NCBI GenBank assembly: GCA_963718235.1
Contig: CAVQYR010000001.1
Coordinates: 2,201,289-2,265,288 of the forward strand
Source: an uncultured Actinomycetota bacterium
GTDB lineage: Bacteria > Actinomycetota > Actinomycetes > JAHEKZ01
Direction of reading: 5' to 3'
DNA length: 64,000 nt
The position numbers and the translations under genes were made by a program. Under the pieces are notes generated by a model. That model was not told where the DNA came from, made no database searches, and worked only from the letters and a program-made list of their open reading frames with translations. Positions 8,396-18,737 of the stretch are shown piece by piece (the stretch's first letter is position 1; the number at the start of each line of letters is the position of its first letter).

Positions 8396-10934
8396 CCCGG
8401 CGACGTTACCTGCAGCTCCTGCTGGCCCTGCTGGCCCTCCTGCTGGCCGGCCGAGACCGTACCGCTGACCACCACGACCCCGTCGACCCGAGCCGGGCAG
8501 TCCGGGCGGGCGCCTGGGTCGGGGGGCAGCCACCACCGGCTGGTGGCCTCCGGCGGTGCCGCGTCGGGGTCGAGGTCGCCCAGGCCGACCCAGGCGACGA
8601 CATCGCCACGCCGGGCGGTCACACCCCCGTCGACGGCGACGGCCGGCCAGTCCTCGGCGACCAGCGCGTCGACAAGCGCTCCAGGATCGCTGGCGACCTG
8701 CGCCGGCAGCACGGTCAGCAGGTAGGCCAGCTCGCGATCGGCCCGGGGTGCCTCCTCGCCGTCGGCCCACACCACCCGCCCGGTGAGACCGGCCTGCCGC
8801 AGACGGGTGACGACCGCACCCCGGGAGCGCCCGAGCTCCTCGGCGAGCACCGCCGGCGGAACGCCCTCGTCGAAGCGTCGCAGCAGGAGGGCGTGCTCGT
8901 CGTCAGTCCACCGCCGTCCGCGTCGTTCGGTGTCGGCCGGAGAGGGGCCGGCCGGTGACTCGGCTGCCGCCACCGAGCCGAGCCCCGCAGGCACCGGGAG
9001 CGGCGCCGGTGCGTCGGCCGCGATCGCGGCCAGCGACCGGCGCACCGCGGCCGGATCGGTCGTGGCCCACATCGGCGGCAGCGACGCCCGGACGATCGGC
9101 GCGTAGCGCGCATGGGCCAGCCGTGGAGTCGAGCACCGCCACGACCCCACGGTCCTCGGCCGAGCGGATCAGCCGACCAGCTCCCTGGGCCAGCCGCAGC
9201 GCCGCAGCTGTGACCGCCACCACGACGAATCCATTTCCACCGGCCGCAGTGACCGACCGCTGGCGCGCGGAGGCCAGCGGGTCGTCGGGGCGGGGGAAGG
9301 GCAGCCGGTCGATCACCACGAGCTGGCAGGCCGAGCCGGGGACGTCGACGCCCTGCCACAGCGACAGCGTGCCGAACAGACACGTGTCGGCGTCGGCGGC
9401 GAACGCGCGCACGAGGGCTGCGGTGGAGTCGTCCCCCTGGCACAGCACGGGGACGTCGAGGCGCTCACGCATCGCCTCGGCCGCAGCGGTGGCGGCCCGC
9501 ATCGACGAGAAGAGCCCGAGCGTGCGCCCGCCGGCGGCCTCGACCAGCTCGGCGAGCTCGTCCATCGCTGCGGCCGCCGTCCCGTCCCGGCCGGGAGGCG
9601 GCAGGTGCGCAGCCACGTACAGGATCGCCTGGCGGCCGTAGTCGAACGGCGAGCCGACGTCGAGCCCCCGCCAGGTCGGTGCATCGTCACCCACCAGGCC
9701 GACCGAGCGCGCGATCGCGTCGAAGTCACCGCCCAGGGTGAGCGTGGCTGACGTGAGAACCACCGTTCCCCGCGCGAAGAGGGTGTCGCGCAGCAGCCCA
9801 CCGACGAACAGCGGGGCGCGCCACAGGGTCGGCCCGCGCCGCTCGGAGCGGGTGATCCACACGACGTCGCGCTCCCCCGCCGCCACGATCCGGCCGGCCA
9901 CCTCGTACACCTCGTCGACCGCAGCCCGGGCCCGGATCCGGGCGGCGCCGTCACCGTCGTCGCCCTTCCCGGCCGAGCCCATCGCGGCCAGCACTGAGTG
10001 CCCGGCGTCGCGCACGGCCACGAGCGCGTCGAACAAGGCGCTCGTCGGCCGGTCGAAGCCGACCCTCTTCGCTGTCGAAGAGCGCGCGGGTGAGAGCGGC
10101 CGCCGCCTCGTCGAGCAGGTCGGCCTCGCGGTCCCCCGCGTACTTGTGCGCGCGTCTGCCGGCCCGCTCGACCATGGCCGGGGTCAGCTCGTCGGTGACC
10201 GCACCGGTGGCCCGGTCCGCGAGCTCGTGTCCTTCGTCGACGATGACGACATCGTGCTCGGGCAGCAGGGTTGCCTCCGAGAGGGCATCGATCGCGAGCA
10301 TGGCGTGGTTGGTCACGACGACGTCGACGTGCTTGGCGCGCTCACGGGCCAGCTCGGCGAAGCACTCGGTGGCGTAGGGGCACCGCTGGGCCCCCAGGCA
10401 CTCGTGCGGAGTGACCGACAGCGAGCGCCAGGCCTTGTCGTCGGGCGCCGGGGCGAGCTCATCCTTGTCCCCGGTCTGCGTCGTGGCCGCCCAGGTGCGG
10501 ATCCGCACGGCGTCACGCCCGGCGCGCGACGTCGGCGTGAGGTCGAACAGCGCGTCGTCCTCGTCGGGTGCCTCGGCCCCGGCGTTCAACCGGTGCAGGC
10601 ACAGGTAGTTGCTGCGCCCCTTGACCATCGCGAACTCCGGACGCCGACCGAGGTGCGGCTCCAGGGCGTCGACCACACGCGGCAGGTCGCGGTCGAACAG
10701 CTGTCGCTGCAGCGCGATCGTCGCCGTCGCGATGACCACCGGACCGTCGTGGAGCAGGGCGGGAACGAGGTACGCCAATGACTTGCCGGTGCCCGTGCCG
10801 GCCTGGACGAGCAGGTGACTCCCCTCACCGATCGCGTCGGCCACCGCCTCGGCCATCTCCTGCTGGCCGGGCCTAGGCACTCCCCCGATCGCCTCGACGG
10901 CCGCAGCCAGCAGCTGCTGGACGTCGTTGGTCAC
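8392..10934 (-). CDS. dinG: DinG-family ATP-dependent DNA helicase with a C-terminal extension; two frameshifts (~10057, ~9124)
   Basis: RPGQ, QAGTGTGKS, KGRSNYLC, Fe-S cysteines, VDEGH, TSATL, WQGVD and QGAGRLIRS are spread over three ORFs. The span is 2543 nt (3n+2). Confidence 0.85.
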
Positions 10935-10965
10935 CGGGTCAGCGTACGCACCGCCGGCGGCCCGG

Positions 10966-13752
10966 TCAGTGTGTGACCGGCTCCACTGTGGGCGACAGCT
11001 CAGCCCCCGCCCGGCTGGCCGAACCGAGCACCCGGCTGCGCTCCATGAGCCGTTCGACGTCGCGCGGCGCCATCGGTCGCGCGAACAGGTATCCCTGGCC
11101 AAGACGGCACCCCATGGCGCGCAGGCGGTGCCACTGGTCGGCGGTCTCGATCCCCTCGGCCACCGTGACCAGGCGAAGCGACTGGCCGAGCTGGACGATC
11201 GTGCGGGCGAGCTCGGCCTGGGCGTTGTCCGCGCCGACCTGGTCGATGAACGACTGGTCGATCTTCAGCACGTCGACGGGGAAGCGCGTCAGGTAGGACA
11301 ACGACGAGTACCCGGTACCGAAGTCGTCGATCGCGACCCGGACGCCGAGCTGCTTGAGCCGCCGCATGAGCTTGGACGCCTCCTCGTCGTAGCTGATCAG
11401 GACCGACTCGGTCATCTCCAGGGTCAGCGCACTCGCGTTGAGCCCGGACAGGGCCAGTGCGTTGCGCACCAGGCTGGGCAGACCGGGGTTCAGCTGCTTG
11501 GCCGAGACGTTGACGGCGACGTTGAACTCCTCGCCCTGGGGCGCGAACCCTTGCCAGGCGACCCCCTGGCGGGCCGCCTCCACCAGCGCCCACGTGCCGA
11601 TGTCGTGGATCAGCCCGGTCTCCTCGGCCAGGTCGATGAACACCGCCGGCGACACCAGACCGCGGGTGGAGTGCGGCCAGCGCACGAGTGCCTCCGCGCC
11701 CACGACCACGTCGCGGGACAGGTCGATGATCGGCTGGTAGTGCATCGTCAGGTCTCCGCGCTCGACCGCCTCCCGCAGGTCGGCCTCGGCGCGCACCCGG
11801 GTGAGGAGCGCCTCGTGCATCTGCGTCTCGAAGCGCACGAAGCTGGCCACTCGCGACGACTTCGCCCGGTACATCGCCAGGTCGGCGTTGCGCAGCAGGT
11901 TGTCGGCAGTCTCGTGGCCAGCGTCGTTGACGGCGATGCCGGCGGACATGCCGACCCGGATCGGCCGACCGTCGATGACGAACTCGCTGAGCAGTGCCGA
12001 CCGCACCCGCTGGGCGATCCAGACCGCTCCCGACTCCGCGCCCTCCCCCACGACCAGAACGCCGAACTCGTCGCCACCCAGTCGGGCCACGACGTCCTGC
12101 GGCCGTACGCAGCGCCCGATCCGCGACGCCACATGACCGAGCAGGATGTCGCCGGTGGCGTGACCTTCAGTGTCGTTGACCGCCTTGAACCCGTCGAGGT
12201 CCAAGAAGACCACGGCCACGGACCCGACACCGGAGCCGTGCGGCTCGGTGGCGGCCTCCTCCAGCGCCGACTCGACCCGCTGGCGGAACATCGCGCGGTT
12301 CGCCAGACCGGTGAGTGAGTCGGAGTAGGCCTGGTTGGTCAGCTGCTGCTCCAGACGCCGTCGCTCGCTCACGTCACGCGTGGTGAGAACCAGCCCTCGG
12401 ATGTCGGGATCGTCGATGAGCGAGGTCACGTACGTCTCGGTCTCGACCCAGTGACCGTCGCTGTGCAGGATCGGGAACCCCACGACGAGCGTGGAGTGGG
12501 GGTCTGCCAGCGCCTCGGCCAGCCGCCGCTCCAGCCGGCGGGCGTCGGTCGGGGGCAGCAGGTCCATGAAGCTCGTCCCCGCCAGTGCCTCCGGGTCGTG
12601 CCCGAGGATCGAGGTGACCGACGGCGTCACGTAGCGGACCACACCCATGGCGGTCATCACCGTGACCACGTCGGAGGAGTTCTGGACCAGCGCGCGGAAC
12701 CACTTCTCGCGGGTGCCCAGGGCCAGCGTCCGCTCGAGCACCCGGCTCTCGAGGGTCCTGGTCACGAGGAGCGCGTCGACGCGGGTCGCCGCCGCCGAGA
12801 CGAGCAGGAAGAACAGGGTCAGGACGGCTGCGACCACCGAGCCCGCGGCCAGCCACGACCCCCTGACCAGGGCGACCGACACCACGACCGCGGCGACGGC
12901 TGGCGCAACCAGAGGGACCAGGACGGCGGTGTACTCCCGGGGTCCGAGCGCCCCGTGACCCTCCGGGGCCAGCCCGCGGTTCCTGGCACCCACGGCGACC
13001 AGGACCCAGGCGATCGCCGCCAACGAGAGTGAGGACGCGGCGACGACCTCGGCCGGCGCCGCGGCAGCGAGCACGGTGAGGGTCTCACTCACCGCGGCCA
13101 GCCCGAGTCCGACGCACAGGGGGACCAACGAGCGCATGGGCAGACCGCCCGGGGTCCGGGTCCGGCTGACGACGTACACCAGCACCGTCCCCAGGCCGAC
13201 GATCCAGGCCATGTCGAAGAACCCGTCACGGACCTCCCACGGGACGACGCTCGCCAGGTCCTCGGGCAGCAGGAACTGCCGGGTGATCACCACGAAGGAG
13301 CAGCCGGCCGCCGCGGTGTCGACCAGGGTCTCCCAGGTCCGGCGACGGCTCTGCCTCCCGTGGGGCAGCAGCAGGAGCCCGGCCACGATCAGCGGCGCCT
13401 GAACCAGGTGGCGCAGCTCGTGCAGCGGCTCGACCGCGCTGCCCGGCTCGGCCACCGCGAAGTGGCCCGCGGCCAAGGACCACAGCGCCCACCCGCCCGC
13501 GGCGACGTCAACAGAGAGGCCTGCGGCCAGGAGGGCCCACGGAAGTGGCTGGGTGGTGCGGGTCTCCATGGCTCGTCGGCCCAGGCTCACGACGGCGAGG
13601 ACCAACAGGCCGGTGCTCACGCCTCCGGCCAGGAACCACCCCCAGGGGTGCCCGCCGACGGTGGCGAGCAGCGTGCCGGCGGCGACCGCGAGCACGGCGA
13701 GCAGGAGCACCAGCTGCTCCGTGCGCAGTCGACCCCCCAAGAAGCTCCCCAT
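10966..13752 (-). CDS. Membrane-bound PAS-GGDEF-EAL diguanylate cyclase/phosphodiesterase
   Basis: Multi-TM N-terminus, FRALVQNSSD PAS, DLDGFKAVND, RLGGDEF, EALVRW and DDFGTGYSSL. Confidence 0.92.
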   Translation of the reverse strand: MGSFLGGRLRTEQLVLLLAVLAVAAGTLLATVGGHPWGWFLAGGVSTGLLVLAVVSLGRRAMETRTTQPLPWALLAAGLSVDVAAGGWALWSLAAGHFAVAEPGSAVEPLHELRHLVQAPLIVAGLLLLPHGRQSRRRTWETLVDTAAAGCSFVVITRQFLLPEDLASVVPWEVRDGFFDMAWIVGLGTVLVYVVSRTRTPGGLPMRSLVPLCVGLGLAAVSETLTVLAAAAPAEVVAASSLSLAAIAWVLVAVGARNRGLAPEGHGALGPREYTAVLVPLVAPAVAAVVVSVALVRGSWLAAGSVVAAVLTLFFLLVSAAATRVDALLVTRTLESRVLERTLALGTREKWFRALVQNSSDVVTVMTAMGVVRYVTPSVTSILGHDPEALAGTSFMDLLPPTDARRLERRLAEALADPHSTLVVGFPILHSDGHWVETETYVTSLIDDPDIRGLVLTTRDVSERRRLEQQLTNQAYSDSLTGLANRAMFRQRVESALEEAATEPHGSGVGSVAVVFLDLDGFKAVNDTEGHATGDILLGHVASRIGRCVRPQDVVARLGGDEFGVLVVGEGAESGAVWIAQRVRSALLSEFVIDGRPIRVGMSAGIAVNDAGHETADNLLRNADLAMYRAKSSRVASFVRFETQMHEALLTRVRAEADLREAVERGDLTMHYQPIIDLSRDVVVGAEALVRWPHSTRGLVSPAVFIDLAEETGLIHDIGTWALVEAARQGVAWQGFAPQGEEFNVAVNVSAKQLNPGLPSLVRNALALSGLNASALTLEMTESVLISYDEEASKLMRRLKQLGVRVAIDDFGTGYSSLSYLTRFPVDVLKIDQSFIDQVGADNAQAELARTIVQLGQSLRLVTVAEGIETADQWHRLRAMGCRLGQGYLFARPMAPRDVERLMERSRVLGSASRAGAELSPTVEPVTH

Positions 13753-13911
13753 AGCGGGGATGTCGGCCCTGGCGGGGCACAGGTGGAGAGACAAGGCTGC
13801 CTTCGGACGCCGAGACCCGGCTCCTTCACCCGTTCGGCCCAATGACCGCCCAGCCGCACGGACCAGCCGGACGGCCGCTCGTGAGCGTCGGTGGACGCCG
13901 CCCGAGCGGGC

Positions 13912-15585
13912 TCAGAACCTGCGGTGCACGGTGCGTCCCCCGACCACCGTCAGGTCGACGGTCGTGGCCAGGAGCTGTTCGGCCGGGGCGCTGATGACGT
14001 CCTCGGACAGGGCCACGAAGTCGGCCTGACGCCCGACGGCAAGGGTCCCCCGCTCCTGCTCGGCGAAGTTCGCCCACGCGCCCCGCGCGGTGTAGCCCGC
14101 CAGCGCCGTCTGCAGGTCGACCCGCTGGTGGGTAGTCCACGGGTGGCGGCCGTCCAGCGACGACCGGGTCACAGCGGCGTACAGACCGACCATCGGGTCC
14201 ATCTCCGCGACGTTCCAGTCGCTGGACAGCGCAGTCACCGCGCCGTGGTCGATCAGGTCACGCAGCGGGAACGCGTAGGCCCATCTCTCCTCCCCGACGT
14301 CGGCCGCCCACTCCGCGCAGATGTCCCAGGTGGCATGTCGCGGCTGCATGCAGGCGACGACGCCGAGCTCAGCGAACCGTGGCTGGTCGAGCGGGTGCAC
14401 CAGCTCGGCATGGACGATCTGGTGCCGGGAGTCGCGGGGGCCGTTCGTGCGGCGGGCGTGCTCGAACGCGTCGAGGACGATCCGTGCGCCTCGGTCACCC
14501 GTGGCGTGCACGAGGCACTGGAACCCCCGGGCGTCCAGGCGCGCGATCAGGTCGCCGAAGGACTCCGGCTCCCAGTAGGTCCGGCCCCGCGTGCTGCGGT
14601 CGGTGGCGTACGGATCGAGCAACGACGCCGTGTGCGCCTCGACGATGTCGTCGATGTACAGCTTCACCGGACCGGCGCGCAGCCAGCCGTCGTCGAGGCG
14701 CCGACGGGCGTCGTCGAAGGCGTCCCACAGCTCGTCGGCATCGTCGTCCGGGGTCGCCGGAGGGTGGAACAGCGCGGCAACCACCCGAGCGGTCAGCTCG
14801 CCGTCGTCGCGGATCTGCTCGAACAGGGCGAGGTCGTCCAGGGAGTTCTGCGGCTCGACGACGGTGGTGATGCCGTAGCGCGCCGCCATGGCCAGCGCGT
14901 CGGACACTCGACGGCGTTGGGCCTGGTCGGAGAAGGCCGGCACCTGCATCTTGAGTGCGGCCGCCCCGGCCCGGGACAGCCCGCGCGTGGCGAAGTCGGT
15001 GATCCAGCCCGTGGGCTGGCCCGACGCCTCGTCGTGCACCACGGTCCCGAACGGCACGACCTCGGTCGAGGCGGTGATCCCGAAGCGTTGGAGCGCCACG
15101 TCGTTCAGCCAGGCGGAGTGGACCGAGTAGTCGAGCAGCATCACCGGCCGGCCACCGCCGATCCCGGCCAGGTCCTCCGCCCGCGGCTCGGAGCCCGGGA
15201 CCGCGCCATGGTCGAAGCCCTCCCCGTACACCCACTCGGCGTCGGGGTGCTCCAGCAGCCAGGCGGCAGCCCGGTCGCGAATCGCGGCGACGTCGGCCGC
15301 ACCGGCGAGCTGCACCGCTTCGGACCCTGACCCCAAGCGCGCGTGGAGGTGACTGTCGACGAACCCCGGAAGGACACGACGCCCACCCAGGTCGATGACC
15401 TCGACACCGCTCGATGCGTACTGGTCGACGTCGGAGTCCGGCCCCAGCCAGACGATCCTGCCGTCGCGCACGAGCATCGACTCGGCCTGCGGGTGTTCGG
15501 GGTCGCCGGTCCAGATCCGGCCGCGACGGGCGATCAGGTCCACGGGCACTCCTCGAGTCGGACATGGCACGCACAGCACGTGCAC
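13912..15585 (-). CDS. Amidohydrolase (YtcJ / Amidohydro_3-like)
   Basis: IDLGGRRVLPGFVDSHLH, VHATGD, VHAEL, SSDW and GRQADFV. The start may be ~15549. Confidence 0.88.
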   Translation of the reverse strand: MHVLCVPCPTRGVPVDLIARRGRIWTGDPEHPQAESMLVRDGRIVWLGPDSDVDQYASSGVEVIDLGGRRVLPGFVDSHLHARLGSGSEAVQLAGAADVAAIRDRAAAWLLEHPDAEWVYGEGFDHGAVPGSEPRAEDLAGIGGGRPVMLLDYSVHSAWLNDVALQRFGITASTEVVPFGTVVHDEASGQPTGWITDFATRGLSRAGAAALKMQVPAFSDQAQRRRVSDALAMAARYGITTVVEPQNSLDDLALFEQIRDDGELTARVVAALFHPPATPDDDADELWDAFDDARRRLDDGWLRAGPVKLYIDDIVEAHTASLLDPYATDRSTRGRTYWEPESFGDLIARLDARGFQCLVHATGDRGARIVLDAFEHARRTNGPRDSRHQIVHAELVHPLDQPRFAELGVVACMQPRHATWDICAEWAADVGEERWAYAFPLRDLIDHGAVTALSSDWNVAEMDPMVGLYAAVTRSSLDGRHPWTTHQRVDLQTALAGYTARGAWANFAEQERGTLAVGRQADFVALSEDVISAPAEQLLATTVDLTVVGGRTVHRRF

Positions 15586-15592
15586 AGAACGG

Positions 15593-17035
15593 TCAGACGC
15601 CGGGACTGGCCTCCGCGGCCGCAGCCAGCCCGGCCGCGAGGTCGCGCTCGACCCGGGCGACCAGCCGGGTGCCCTCGACCAGGTGCTCCTCGGTCAGGAC
15701 CTGACCCTCTTGGTGGGCCCGAGCGATCAGGTCACCTCGGGTGTAGGGCACGACGACGTCGACGGCGATCGCGGGCACCGGCAGCGCGCTCTCGATGGCC
15801 GCCGCCAGACCCTCGATGCCGACCCCTGTGCGGGCGGACACGACGACGGCTCCCGGCTCCCGGCGCAGCAACCGGGTCACCGCGAGGTCGTCGGCGACAT
15901 CGGCCTTGTTGAGCACGACCAGCTCGGGTACCGCGCCCGCCCCGATCTCGACGAGCACCTCGCGCACCGCGGCGATCTGGCCCTCCGGATCGGCGTCGGA
16001 GGCGTCGACCACGTGCACCACGAGGTCGGCGTCGCTGACCTCCTCCAACGTCGATCGGAACGCCTCGACGAGCTGGTGCGGCAGGTGCCGGACGAACCCC
16101 ACGGTGTCGGCCAGGGTGTACACGCGGCCGTCGGAGGACTTCGCGTGGCGGACGGTGGGGTCGAGGGTGGCGAACAGCGCGTCCTCGACGAGCACGCCCG
16201 CGCCGGTGAGCCGGTTGAGCAGGCTCGACTTCCCGGCGTTGGTGTAGCCGGCGATCGCGACGGCGGGCACCTGGTGGCGCCTGCGGTCCTTGCGCTGCGT
16301 CTCGCGGGCGGTGGCCATGTGGCGGATCTCCCGCCGCAGCTTGGCCACCTGTGCCCGGATCCGGCGTCGGTCGGTCTCGATCTTGGTCTCGCCGGGACCA
16401 CGGGTGCCGACGCCGCCGGTCGCGCCTCCGGCTCGGCCACCGGCCTGTCGGGACAGTGACTCGCCCCAGCCGCGCAGGCGTGGCAGCAGGTACTGCATCT
16501 GGGCCAGGGACACCTGAGCCTTGCCCTCACGGCTCTTGGCGTGCTGGGCGAAGATGTCCAGGATCAGCCAGGTGCGGTCGACGACCTTCACCTTGACGAC
16601 GTCCTCGAGCTGGCGCAGCTGACCCGGTGTGAGCTCGCCGTCGCAGATCACCGTGTCGGCGCCGCTGCTCACCACGAGGTCGCGCAGCTCGCGTGCCTTG
16701 CCCGACCCGATGTACGTGGCCGGGTCGGGCTTGTCGCGTCGCTGGACGATGCCCTCGAGGACGACGGAGCCTGCGGTCTCGGCCAGGGCAGCGAGCTCAC
16801 GCAGCGAGTTGTCGGCGTCGACGGCGGTGCCCTCGGTCCACACGCCGACGAGCACGACCCGCTCCAGGCGCACCTGCCGGTACTCGACCTCGGTGACGTC
16901 CTGCAGCTCGGTCGACAGGCCGGCGACCCGGCGAAGGGCGCTGCGGTCGGAGAGGTCCTGGGTTCCTGTAGTCATCACGTCCAGGGTCGCACGGTCGTGC
17001 AACCGGAAATCACCGGAATCCGTTGGCTGGGTCAA
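15593..17035 (-). CDS. hflX: GTPase HflX
   Basis: GSGK, ILDIFAQHA, GPGETKIETDRR, GYTNAGKSS, DTVGF and NKAD. Confidence 0.96.
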   Translation of the reverse strand: MTQPTDSGDFRLHDRATLDVMTTGTQDLSDRSALRRVAGLSTELQDVTEVEYRQVRLERVVLVGVWTEGTAVDADNSLRELAALAETAGSVVLEGIVQRRDKPDPATYIGSGKARELRDLVVSSGADTVICDGELTPGQLRQLEDVVKVKVVDRTWLILDIFAQHAKSREGKAQVSLAQMQYLLPRLRGWGESLSRQAGGRAGGATGGVGTRGPGETKIETDRRRIRAQVAKLRREIRHMATARETQRKDRRRHQVPAVAIAGYTNAGKSSLLNRLTGAGVLVEDALFATLDPTVRHAKSSDGRVYTLADTVGFVRHLPHQLVEAFRSTLEEVSDADLVVHVVDASDADPEGQIAAVREVLVEIGAGAVPELVVLNKADVADDLAVTRLLRREPGAVVVSARTGVGIEGLAAAIESALPVPAIAVDVVVPYTRGDLIARAHQEGQVLTEEHLVEGTRLVARVERDLAAGLAAAAEASPGV

Positions 17036-17808
17036 GCCCGCTCCCCGAAGGCGTGCTCGAGGGCGGTGGCCAGGAGGGTCAGCAGCTCGGCCCGTTCGGC
17101 GTCGTCCAGCCCCTCGTAGGCCGGCGCGACGAGGTCGTCGGTGAGCTCCTCGGCCGCCCGACGCGCGGCGCGGTCGGAGTCGGTCACCGTCGGGAAGGGG
17201 GGCTGCCAGCCGTAGTCCTGCGCGTTGGCCGCTCCCCCTTCGCCGGCCAGGATCGCGACGAGCGGCGGGACGCCGGTGGCCACCAGGGCCACGCCGTGCG
17301 CGGCCCCGCGGTGCTCACGCATCACCTGCATGAGGTGAGCGCAGCGGGCAGGGTCGTCGTCGGGCCGAGGGACCGCCCGCCAGCCGGCGAACAGCGGCAG
17401 GCCGATCACGTCGGCGGAGTCGACGACCTGGGTCGCGAGCTGCGCCAGCCGCCCGGCCCCGTCGAACCCCGCGAGGTGCTCGCGGCCCCAGGCATGGCAC
17501 AGGTCCAGGTAGTGGCGCAGAGCCGTCTGCGGGGTCATCACCTGGCGCGCAGCCTCCCACTGGCTGCGGACGACGTCGGCGGGGAACACGACCGCCGCCG
17601 CGGTGACGACGTCGGGGTCGACGTCTCCCAGCACACCGTGCCGGGCCAGGAAGTACAGCTGCCACCCCTCGAGTCCTGCGTCAGCTGTCGCCTGCTCCTC
17701 GGCGTCACCGGTCATCCAGGCCCCGCCGAGGCTCCCGACCGGACCCTTGGCCGCGACCGCGGTGGCCCGAGCTGATCGGGCGGCTACCCGCACGTCGTCG
17801 GACGTCAC
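17032..17808 (-). CDS. Conserved actinobacterial protein (SCO6745/EvbL-like)
   Basis: YFLARHGVLG, PLFAGW and MREHRGAAH motifs; coupled to dapF by a GTGA overlap. Confidence 0.65.
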   Translation of the reverse strand: MTSDDVRVAARSARATAVAAKGPVGSLGGAWMTGDAEEQATADAGLEGWQLYFLARHGVLGDVDPDVVTAAAVVFPADVVRSQWEAARQVMTPQTALRHYLDLCHAWGREHLAGFDGAGRLAQLATQVVDSADVIGLPLFAGWRAVPRPDDDPARCAHLMQVMREHRGAAHGVALVATGVPPLVAILAGEGGAANAQDYGWQPPFPTVTDSDRAARRAAEELTDDLVAPAYEGLDDAERAELLTLLATALEHAFGERA

Positions 17809-18677
17809 TGCTCCTCCCACCAGCTCGCCGACACCACGCCACTGGCCACGAGCTCGGCCGGACCGGACAGGAGGAGGTGCCCGTCGTCTCGTTCGCTCAC
17901 CCGAAGCCGCCCACCGGGCACATCGACGGTCCACGTCGTGGCGGCCTCACCGCCGGGGCGCCGCTTGGCGGCCCAGGCGACGGCGCACGCACCCGTCCCG
18001 CAGGAACGCGTCTCACCGACCCCGCGCTCGTGCACGCGCATCGCCACGTGCCCCGGAGCGCCCGCACTGACGAACTCCACGTTCACCCCGTCGGGAAAGA
18101 CCCCTGCCGGGGTGACGGTGGGTGCGACGAGCAGGTCGCCGACGGTATCGAGCGACTCGACGAAGACCACAGCGTGCGGGTTGGGCACGAGCACTCCGAC
18201 GGCCGGCCACGAGCACGACCCCACCGCGACCTCAGGTGCGGTGCGGTCGTCAGGAGGAGTCGCAGCGCCCATGTCGACCTGGAGGTCGCCAGGACGGGCA
18301 CCCTCGGTCTCGTCGACGGTCACGGTCCGCGGCCCGCCCCTGGTCGCGACCGTCACGGTCGGGCCGTGGGCCAGCCCTCGGTCGAGCAGGTAGCGGACGA
18401 AGACCCGCACGCCGTTTCCACACATCTCCGCAGTGCTGCCGTCAGCGTTGCGGTGGTCCATGAACCACGCTGCGGTGTCCGCCTGGGCAGCCACCTCGGC
18501 CTGGGTGGAGGTGAGCACCACGCGCAGGACCCCGTCGGCGCCCAGCCCGACCCGGCGGTCGCACAGCGCCCGGACCCTCGCGGGGGTCAGGGTGAGCCGG
18601 TCGTCGACGTCGGGCAGCACGATGAAGTCGTTCTCGGTGCCGTGTCCCTTGACGAACGGCACGCCGTCGACGTCCAT
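17805..18677 (-). CDS. dapF: Diaminopimelate epimerase
   Basis: KGHGTENDF, NADGSTAEMCGNG, NPH and ERGVGETRSCGTG. Confidence 0.96.
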   Translation of the reverse strand: MDVDGVPFVKGHGTENDFIVLPDVDDRLTLTPARVRALCDRRVGLGADGVLRVVLTSTQAEVAAQADTAAWFMDHRNADGSTAEMCGNGVRVFVRYLLDRGLAHGPTVTVATRGGPRTVTVDETEGARPGDLQVDMGAATPPDDRTAPEVAVGSCSWPAVGVLVPNPHAVVFVESLDTVGDLLVAPTVTPAGVFPDGVNVEFVSAGAPGHVAMRVHERGVGETRSCGTGACAVAWAAKRRPGGEAATTWTVDVPGGRLRVSERDDGHLLLSGPAELVASGVVSASWWEEQ

Positions 18678-18737
18678 GCCCGTGAGCCTACGGGTCCGAC
18701 CGGTCCGGCCCGAGGCGGTGCCGGCCGGCTCGGGGCC

